Source of the DNA: an uncultured Chloroflexia bacterium
Lineage (GTDB): Bacteria; Chloroflexota; Ktedonobacteria; Ktedonobacterales; JADMIN01
Reading direction: 5' to 3'
Length of the DNA: 32,000 nt
Assembly (NCBI GenBank): GCA_963718915.1
Contig: CAVRAI010000015.1
Span: 390,001 to 422,000 of the forward strand
The notes under the pieces were generated by a model. That model was not told the origin of the DNA and searched no databases. It saw only the letters and a list, made by a program, of their open reading frames with translations. Below are positions 17,670 to 24,490 of this stretch, in pieces; within the stretch, counting starts at the first letter, position 1; every line of letters begins with the position of its first letter. Both the position numbers and the translations under genes were made by a program.

Positions 17670-17963
17670 TCAACGTCCGGGCCTGATGACGAAGTAACTG
17701 ACGGCAATGACGGTCACCACCATAACGACGCCCAGTACCGCGACGCTAATGAGCCAGCCACCGAAGCCTGCGCTTAAGACAGAAGCCGCCCACAGGGCCA
17801 GACCGCCAAGCAGCAGGAAAATGCCGAGGGCAACCACCACCCAGCCCATCGCAAGACCCTGGCGCTCACCATAGGTTAATTTGTGCGGCGCCGGGGATTC
17901 TGTTCGCATAGGGGAAGCCTCAACGACCCGATCCATTCCATCGAATTTCACCTGAGGTGTCAT
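17670..17963 (-). CDS. small two-TM membrane protein, hypothetical
   Basis: ATG 17963 is preceded by GGAAGGAGG and preferred over the ORF-track start at 18017. Two hydrophobic segments (GWVVVALGIFLLLGGLALWAA and WLISVAVLGVVMVVTVIAV). Confidence 0.5.
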   Translation of the reverse strand: MTPQVKFDGMDRVVEASPMRTESPAPHKLTYGERQGLAMGWVVVALGIFLLLGGLALWAASVLSAGFGGWLISVAVLGVVMVVTVIAVSYFVIRPGR

Positions 17964-18173
17964 AATAATCGCCTCCTTCCTCAGATGGCGCATGTGGGGG
18001 AACCCAATGTCCCCCACTTTCCAGCATCTGCTGCCGGGGTCACGTATCGGTCACGGAAACACAGGCGCGCTGCACACACGGGTCACATCTTCGCGGGAAC
18101 CCGCGCTTCTCCCGTTTGACCGGTTCGCATAGAATGAAGCTGGCGACGTGATACAGCAGGGAGGGATGCGCCA

Positions 18174-19367
18174 GTGAGCGAGCAGGATGTATTGGGCGTT
18201 ACCGAAACTAGCGACATGCCATCGCCGGAGCGGCAGGCGGAGTTACGGGCGGCGTGCGCGGCGAATAGCTCGGCGGGCAGAGCGCCCTACGAGCGCGTGC
18301 GGATTCACTCCCGTGGCGAAGTCGAGTGGATCATGGCCGAACACGGCTGGTCGGGCCAGGAATCCGAGTATATCGTCAAGTATGAGTTGATTCCTCAGGG
18401 CCGGACGGTAGAGTGCGTGAATCTCAGCGGCGCATGGATGGCCGAGATCGACCTGTCGGGCATGGTGCTGCGGCGAGCCAATCTGACTGGCGCGAATCTG
18501 GTGCGCGCCAACCTGCATGCCATTGACCTCGTCGATAGCGATCTCTCCGGCGCGGATTTGGGCTACGCGGATTTATCCGGCGCGAATCTCATCTGGGCTA
18601 ATCTCAGTGGCGCGCATCTGCGCGAGGCGAATCTGGCAGATGCCCGGCTCGTCTTTGCCACGCTCCACGGCGCTGGGTTCGCCCGCTGCAATCTGCGCGG
18701 CGCCGTGCTGACCCACGCCCGCATGGACGCCGCGACACTCCTGGGGGATGTTCAACTGGACGCACGGACACGCCTGCGCGATATCGCCTGGAACGGCGCA
18801 TCGCTGACCCAGATCGACTGGTCGCAGACGCCGCGCCTGGGCGATGAGATACAGGAGCAATTCGTCCCTGCCGAGCATGGCCGACAGTCGGCGATTATGC
18901 CGCGCCGATGGGAGGCCGCCGCCCGTACGTATCAGCAGCTCGCCGTTGTGCTGCGTGAGCAGGGGGTGAGCGACGCAGCCGCGCGTTTCGCCTATCGCTC
19001 GCAGGCGCTCCAGCGGCGCGTACTCCGCCAGCAGCGCCACTATCTGCGTGCGGGTGGCTCGTGGCTGCTCGACTTCATCTCTGGCTATGGCTATAAGCCG
19101 ATGCGCAGTTTCATCACCTATCTACTGGTGATCGTCGCCTTCGCCGCCCTCTACTTCATCTTGCGCGAGAGCGTCTCTCCGGCGCTCTCGCCAGTGGATG
19201 CGCTGATCTTCAGCGTCACATCGTTTCACGGGCGCGGCTTCGCGCCCGGCGAGGCGGTGAGCCTGCACAATCCGCTAACCATCCTGGCGGCGGGCGAGGC
19301 GGTGTTGGGGCTGCTGATCGAGATCACCTTCATCGCGACCTTCACCCAACGCTTCTTCGCACGGTAA
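18174..19367 (+). CDS. pentapeptide-repeat protein fused to a two-TM pore-loop (ion-channel-like) C-terminal module
   Basis: GTG start with AGGGAGGG 8 nt upstream. About 20 consecutive A(D/N)LxX pentapeptides (ANLTGANLVRANLHAIDLVDSDLSGADLGYADLSGANLIWANLSGAHL...). The C-terminus is TM - FSVTSFHGRGF - TM, laid out like a K-channel pore domain. Confidence 0.85.
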   Translation: MSEQDVLGVTETSDMPSPERQAELRAACAANSSAGRAPYERVRIHSRGEVEWIMAEHGWSGQESEYIVKYELIPQGRTVECVNLSGAWMAEIDLSGMVLRRANLTGANLVRANLHAIDLVDSDLSGADLGYADLSGANLIWANLSGAHLREANLADARLVFATLHGAGFARCNLRGAVLTHARMDAATLLGDVQLDARTRLRDIAWNGASLTQIDWSQTPRLGDEIQEQFVPAEHGRQSAIMPRRWEAAARTYQQLAVVLREQGVSDAAARFAYRSQALQRRVLRQQRHYLRAGGSWLLDFISGYGYKPMRSFITYLLVIVAFAALYFILRESVSPALSPVDALIFSVTSFHGRGFAPGEAVSLHNPLTILAAGEAVLGLLIEITFIATFTQRFFAR

Positions 19368-19440
19368 CCTCCGTGTCTCCAGTTATGCCCTTCGCTCACC
19401 CTCAGTTCAATGTTGTGGCACGCCTATTGCGCAACAGAAT

Positions 19441-19932
19441 ATGGCTGAGATGAGCCTGATGGGTGGTGTGGACCCATGGGCCGAACGCACCTTGAGGGAA
19501 AGGTGGAGACGAGTGGCGACTGCGACAATATGTGTGATTGAAGACGATGATGGGGTACGTGAAATCGTACGTGATCTGCTCACCGATGTAGGATACGATG
19601 TGATCGAGGCGGCTACTGGCCTTGAGGGGAAGCAAATACTCGACGCCAGCGCCGGGCGGCTGATCGTCGTTCTCGATTATCGGCTGCCCGCGCTGGATGG
19701 CTGCGACCTGCTGGAACTCGTGGCGCAAGATGAAGACCTGCGCGAGCGCCATACCTTCATCATGATGTCGGCCAGTCCCGCGAAGACGATTGAGGACTGC
19801 GAAGAGGCTATTGACGAGTTAGATGTGCCCATTATCTCGAAGCCCTTCAACATCGACGATCTGGTGGAGGCCGTCCGGCAGGCCGAGGAGCGGCTCGATC
19901 CCGGTGGTGAGCCAGCGCCAGCAGGGAGTTGA
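19441..19932 (+). CDS. stand-alone response-regulator receiver (CheY-like), no output domain
   Basis: Acidic pocket VIEDDD, phospho-acceptor context VVLDYRLPALDG, conserved Ser (MMSASP) and Lys (SKPF). The true start may be GTG 19513 (GGTGGAG upstream), which would give a typical receiver N-terminus. Confidence 0.8.
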   Translation: MAEMSLMGGVDPWAERTLRERWRRVATATICVIEDDDGVREIVRDLLTDVGYDVIEAATGLEGKQILDASAGRLIVVLDYRLPALDGCDLLELVAQDEDLRERHTFIMMSASPAKTIEDCEEAIDELDVPIISKPFNIDDLVEAVRQAEERLDPGGEPAPAGS

Positions 19933-19944
19933 CAGGGCGCATGC

Positions 19945-20802
19945 TTATTCTTCCGGGGGAACGTCGGCGTGCCAGTTGCGCAGTTTGCTGTGCAGGCGGA
20001 AAAGCTCGCCGAAGGCGTGGACGATGACACGCAGGTTAGCGCCGCTCGCCTGACCGTGGACGCGGGGATAATGGCGCACCGGCGCCTCCACGAAGGGCAC
20101 GCCCATCCGCGTCAGCTTCACCAGCATCTCCGTGTTGACCATCGCGCCCTCCGCCGTCACATCCACCGCACGAACGAGCGCGGTATCGTAGAGCTTGAAC
20201 GCGCAGTCCACATCGCGCACTCGAAGATCGAAGAGCGTCGAGACGAGCAACTTCCAGCCCCAGGCGTTGACCTTGCGCAGCGGCGAATCCTGCCGGTGCA
20301 GCCGATAGCCCAGCACCGCGCGATGCCCCTGCTCGCGTAGCGGCAGCAGCAGCGCCAGATCGCGAATATCGAACTGGCCGTCGGCATCCATGAAGAAGGC
20401 GAGCGGCTTCGTCATTACGTTGAATCCGGCGATGAGCGCGCCGCCGTAGCCTCGCTGGGGACGGTTGTGGACGACACGGATATGCGGATTGGCCGCGGCG
20501 TATTCCTCGGCGATTGCTCCGGTCTGGTCAGAGGAGCCATCGTCCACCACGATGATCTCGTAGTCGGGCGCGATCTCGCTCAGCGCCGCGATACACTTCT
20601 CGATTGTCTCGGTGAGCACGGCTTCCTCGTTATGCGCGGGCAACACCACGGAAATGCCGCGTGTCGTCAGCGGCATCGCTGGTGGTGTGCGCTCAATCGC
20701 GTCAGTTGTCGCGTCGCTCGCATCAGTCGCATCGGTTGTATCGGTTGTATCGGTTGTATCGGTTGTATCGGGCATGGCGCTCTTCTGCTGGTGAGTCATC
20801 AT
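19945..20802 (-). CDS. family 2 glycosyltransferase (polyprenyl-phosphate sugar synthase-like)
   Basis: GT-A signature ISVVLPAHNEE ... IIVVDDGSSDQT ... GYGGAL ... FMDADGQ. Start is uncertain (20802, 20775 or 20676); the repeat-encoded (TTD)n stretch precedes the catalytic domain. Confidence 0.85.
   Translation of the reverse strand: MMTHQQKSAMPDTTDTTDTTDTTDATDASDATTDAIERTPPAMPLTTRGISVVLPAHNEEAVLTETIEKCIAALSEIAPDYEIIVVDDGSSDQTGAIAEEYAAANPHIRVVHNRPQRGYGGALIAGFNVMTKPLAFFMDADGQFDIRDLALLLPLREQGHRAVLGYRLHRQDSPLRKVNAWGWKLLVSTLFDLRVRDVDCAFKLYDTALVRAVDVTAEGAMVNTEMLVKLTRMGVPFVEAPVRHYPRVHGQASGANLRVIVHAFGELFRLHSKLRNWHADVPPEE
20731..20766. repeat. 9-bp perfect tandem repeat atcggttgt x4, with degenerate copies on both sides (about 20695-20775)
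   Basis: Read directly. In the minus-strand frame of the GT2 ORF it encodes TTD TTD TTD TTD, followed by ATDASDATTDA. Confidence 0.9.
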
Positions 20803-21146
20803 GTAGTTTGGTCTCTCTGCCCGTAGTGTATCGCGTAGTTTTAGCCCCCGCGCGATACAGCATATTCAATCACCATTGTACGTACCGGCGCAACCGTGCC
20901 TGACTAGCGGCGCGGCGCGCGATAAAGCTCCATGCAGATAGGACGCTGATAGCGCTCGCTGAAGTTCCATGCTATCGTATCCCTGTCGGCCTCAAGCGTA
21001 CTCATAGTGTCGCGCATCCATATGAGAATTCGGTAGAAATTACATGTGAAAGAATCCATCCGCGTCGGGCGTCCAGATAAACAGCCATAGCGCGCATTGC
21101 ATGTGATGCCTTGCAGGCTGGAGCCGCCGCACGAAGAGAGGAAGCG

Positions 21147-22712
21147 ATGTACCGCATAGCGAACCTGGAGGAGCGTTCCCGTCGCCGTCAGGAACGTCTG
21201 CGCAGACAGTTCCGGCGCTATGGCAACGACGAAAATATCCTCTCGCGACGGCCCTGGTATCTGGTGGGCGTCCTGCTGTTACTCGTCAGCCTGGCGCTAC
21301 GGGATCAGATCCTCTTTGTCTCTGGACTTGCCGTGATCGCACTCGGCGCAATCCCTGAGATCTGGTATCGCTTCTGCCTCAGCGAGGTGATCGTTCGCCG
21401 CCACCTGGGGGTGGATCGCGCGCGGCTCGGCGATGAAATCTCGTTTACCATCACTATCGAGAACCGCAAAATTCTGCCACTGCCACGCCTCGACCTCGAA
21501 GACGATGTGCCCGAGGATTGCCGTATCGCTGGCGCTATCGTGCGACCGAGCTTTAAGACGCAGCGCGCCACGTTGACGAATGCATTCTCACTCTGGGCGA
21601 TGCAGCGGGTGACACGCCGTTACCAGATGCGCATCCTGGAGCGAGGCGCTTACACCTTTGGGCCGATGCTGCTGCAGAGTGGCGATCCCCTTGGCGTGCT
21701 GACACGCCAGCAGGTGATCGAACAGCCCGCATATCTGCTGGTGCATCCACTCGTGATGCCCCTTGATCGATTCGGGCTGCCCGCGCGCGCGCCCTTCGGC
21801 GATCTCTCCACCACACGACGCCTGCTCGCCGATCCGCTACGAGTGGCGGGCGTGCGCGACTATGCAGCTGGCGACGATCCTCGCCACATCCACTGGAAGG
21901 CCACCGCACGCACCGGCGCGCTGCATACCAAAGTCTTCGAGCCTTCGGCGCACCACACACTGACCATTTTTCTCGATCTGCGCACCTTTGGTCGCGACGA
22001 CCGCCTCTTTGGCCATGGGCAGTTCGTCGGCGTGGATCACGATCTGAGCGAGCTGGCGATCAGCGCGGCGGCCTCGGTGGCCTCCTGGGGACTGGAGCAG
22101 GGATACGCGGTGGGGCTGTGCGCCAACGGCACCATGCAGGCGCACGACGATCTCGTCTGGCGTCCGCGAGTAGGCGCTGATGGTGAATCGGGCGCGTCGA
22201 GCACATCGAGCCAGTCGGCTGATGCGGGTTCGGGCGTGACCATCGGCGGCGTGCGGGCCATCTCCGCGCATCGCTCCGCCGGTCGTCTGCGTATCGCGCC
22301 CGCCAGTGATAATGGTCAGTTGCTCCGGCTGATGGATGCCCTGGCGCGGCTGGTAGCGTTCGTCCCGCGCCCCATCAACGCTATCGTCGTCGAGGAATCG
22401 CCACGCCTGCCCTATGGCAGTACGGTTGTCTACGTCGGCGCCGCGCAGGCGCTTGGCGGTGAGGGCGTCGAGGTCTTCAGTCGGCTGCGGTCGGCAGGGC
22501 ATAGCGTGACGCTGCTGCTCACGGGCGATAGACCGCTCGTGACCCGTCGGCTACCCTCGCTACGTCTGGGTGGGTCGGCAAAGTGGCATGAGCTGATCCA
22601 GGAGACTCTGGCCGAGCGTGGAGTGGACGCCGATGGGCAGCCGTTGCCGCCCGATACCATGCCAGAAGACGCCGCCAGCCATCCGCGCGTCAGTCTGGAG
22701 GCGCTGCAATGA
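21147..22712 (+). CDS. DUF58 domain protein (vWA-like, MoxR-associated family)
   Basis: Two N-terminal TM segments and the signature VRDYAAGDDPRHIHWKATARTGALHTKVFE. ATG 21147 (AGAGGAAG upstream) is preferred over the TTG at 21111. Contains a low-complexity insert GADGESGASSTSSQSADAGSG. Confidence 0.85.
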   Translation: MYRIANLEERSRRRQERLRRQFRRYGNDENILSRRPWYLVGVLLLLVSLALRDQILFVSGLAVIALGAIPEIWYRFCLSEVIVRRHLGVDRARLGDEISFTITIENRKILPLPRLDLEDDVPEDCRIAGAIVRPSFKTQRATLTNAFSLWAMQRVTRRYQMRILERGAYTFGPMLLQSGDPLGVLTRQQVIEQPAYLLVHPLVMPLDRFGLPARAPFGDLSTTRRLLADPLRVAGVRDYAAGDDPRHIHWKATARTGALHTKVFEPSAHHTLTIFLDLRTFGRDDRLFGHGQFVGVDHDLSELAISAAASVASWGLEQGYAVGLCANGTMQAHDDLVWRPRVGADGESGASSTSSQSADAGSGVTIGGVRAISAHRSAGRLRIAPASDNGQLLRLMDALARLVAFVPRPINAIVVEESPRLPYGSTVVYVGAAQALGGEGVEVFSRLRSAGHSVTLLLTGDRPLVTRRLPSLRLGGSAKWHELIQETLAERGVDADGQPLPPDTMPEDAASHPRVSLEALQ

Positions 22713-24322
22713 GACTTCTCGCGTCGCAACCACCCAACACTCGGCCGCCCGCACAGCCACGAGTCGAGCGTCTGGCCGAGCTACTGGTGGTGGCATCCGC
22801 CTGTGTGCTGGAAACGCTGCCGATCTTCTGCTGGCTGCTGCTGCTAGGGGCGTACAATGCAGACGACCCCAATGGCGCTGTGATGCCGTTCTGGTGGATG
22901 TGGCTGCTGGTCTTCGGCGTCCACTGGCTCGCCGTCTTATTCACCCGTGATACCGACGATGATCCGCAACGCAGACGCAAGCATACGCTGCTGCTGACAT
23001 TCGCTGTGGCGGGGCTGGGGACGCTTTCTCTGCTCGCCACATACTTGCTCTCGCCAACTGCCCGCTCCGTGCTCGTCAATGGTGGCGATACCAGCGGGCT
23101 GGTGGCGCTGGCGCTGCTGATCATTTGGCTGTGGTGGCGCGGCCTGCTGCTGGGGCGAGGACGGCTGACTCGTGGCCGGATATACGTCCGCTTCGTCGCG
23201 GCGCTGGGTGTGACCATCGCGGCCCTGGCAGGCGCGGCGACCATTCAAGGAGCGGCGCGCCCATTGGCGGCGAGCTATCTCACGTTGCTGCTGGCGTTGC
23301 TGCTCTTCGCGGGGACGATGGGGCTAACGCTGTCGCAGGCGCGCGATGCCTCATACGAGATGCGTAGCGCGTATCGTGGCAATCAGCCATTGGAGATGCC
23401 GCCGGTCTTCACGCGAGCCTGGCTGGCGGCCAGTGTCGGCCTGAGCCTTGGCCTCTCGCTGCTGGCGCTGTTGCTGGCGACACTCATCTCGCGTGATTCG
23501 GTGCGCGTTCTTGCCATCGCTGCGGGCAATATCGTCAATGGTCTGCTTGATGGGATAGCGTTTATCCTCACACCGATCTTCTTCGTCCTCTACCTGATTC
23601 TGGACAAGCCCATCGAATGGCTGACGGCGTATTTTCACCGGCTCGGCCCGCCAAAGCCGCTGACGCTGCCGACGACGCCGCCTTGCAGTCCCACCGTTCC
23701 CGCGGGGGATGTCGCCACGCCCGGCGCCACCTGCGCTCCGCCAGCGCACAATGTGGTCTCGACAAGTCTGCTCCCGGCGGAATGGCTGACGGTGATGCGC
23801 TGGGGAGCCGCGATTCTGGTCATCGTCGTCGCGCTGGTGGTGCTGGCGCGCGTGTTGAGCCGTTTCACCCAGGTGCGGCAGATGCGTGCGTTTACTGAGG
23901 AACGCACGATGCTCGATGCCCGCGAGATCCTTGGCGGTCAGCTTCGGCGCTTGTTCGGCGCTTTCCGCCGCCAGCCCGCCGGGGACTCTCTCGTGACGGA
24001 CGATCTTGCCGAGGGTAGCGTGCGCCGGGTCTATCGCGATACGCTAACGCTTGCCGTCGGCACAGGACACGCGCGCCGACTCGCCGAGACGCCGCGCGAG
24101 TATCAGCGCCGCCTCGCCAGCGACGATCCGCTGCGCCCTGGGACGGCCGCGCCACCCGAGGTAGCCGGAGCGCTGGCCGAACTGACCCACGTCTACGAGC
24201 AGGCGCGCTATGGCCAGCCGGAGTCCGACCCAGACGTCTCACTTCCAGCCACGCCGGAAACCGCGAGCGACGCGGCGGCTGTGCGGCGCTGGCTTGCCGA
24301 GCAGCAGAGCGCGGGCGGTTGA
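22709..24322 (+). CDS. polytopic membrane protein with C-terminal DUF4129-like domain
   Basis: The ATG overlaps the DUF58 stop (ATGA at 22709-22712). Several N-terminal TM segments. The C-terminal ETPREYQRRLASD...LAELTHVYEQARYG matches the DUF4129 signature. No transglutaminase Cys-His-Asp core seen by eye. Confidence 0.7.
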   Translation: MRLLASQPPNTRPPAQPRVERLAELLVVASACVLETLPIFCWLLLLGAYNADDPNGAVMPFWWMWLLVFGVHWLAVLFTRDTDDDPQRRRKHTLLLTFAVAGLGTLSLLATYLLSPTARSVLVNGGDTSGLVALALLIIWLWWRGLLLGRGRLTRGRIYVRFVAALGVTIAALAGAATIQGAARPLAASYLTLLLALLLFAGTMGLTLSQARDASYEMRSAYRGNQPLEMPPVFTRAWLAASVGLSLGLSLLALLLATLISRDSVRVLAIAAGNIVNGLLDGIAFILTPIFFVLYLILDKPIEWLTAYFHRLGPPKPLTLPTTPPCSPTVPAGDVATPGATCAPPAHNVVSTSLLPAEWLTVMRWGAAILVIVVALVVLARVLSRFTQVRQMRAFTEERTMLDAREILGGQLRRLFGAFRRQPAGDSLVTDDLAEGSVRRVYRDTLTLAVGTGHARRLAETPREYQRRLASDDPLRPGTAAPPEVAGALAELTHVYEQARYGQPESDPDVSLPATPETASDAAAVRRWLAEQQSAGG

Positions 24323-24481
24323 AACCGCGCCTGAACGGCCTGCGGCCACAAAACCCGCCGTCGCGGGTTCCTCGCACCGCTGCCCAACACTAACTCTGCG
24401 GAGGCGGCTCTCTAGAGAGTCCGCGCAGGCGGACTTCGTGGCGGAGCGGAGCGAGGTCATTTAGGCGCGGTTTTAACCGCC
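24314..24481. repeat. 18-nt inverted repeats (17/18 complementary) bracketing a 132-nt hairpin-rich spacer between convergent genes
   Basis: Left arm ggcggttgaaaccgcgcc (24314-24331) covers the stop of the upstream gene. Right arm ggcgcggttttaaccgcc (24464-24481). Each arm contains the palindrome gcggtt-nn-aaccgc. Internal hairpins lie at 24352-24369 and 24418-24435, and the palindrome ctctctagagag at 24408-24419. Confidence 0.75.
24352..24369 (-). terminator. candidate intrinsic terminator for the GH15 gene
   Basis: On the minus strand: AACCCGC-gacg-GCGGGTT followed by TTGTGG, so four consecutive U including the stem end. It lies 122 nt downstream of the GH15 stop. Confidence 0.35.
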
Positions 24482-24490
24482 AGCCGATAG

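Noticed and set aside
16179-17700. tRNA-associated integrative island
   Set aside because: There is no integrase or recombinase, and I found no direct repeat of the tRNA 3' end. The low-GC DNA lies on the 5' side of the tRNA, whereas integrases usually target the 3' end. It is kept only as a compositional anomaly.
18116-18135. TTGACC plus TAGAAT as a promoter for the pentapeptide-channel gene
   Set aside because: The hexamers are only 8 nt apart, incompatible with 16-18 nt sigma-70 spacing.
20731-20766. Short tandem repeats (here and at 3541-3576) as CRISPR-like arrays
   Set aside because: The units are 9-10 bp and directly abutting with no spacers, and there are no cas genes. They are simple tandem repeats.
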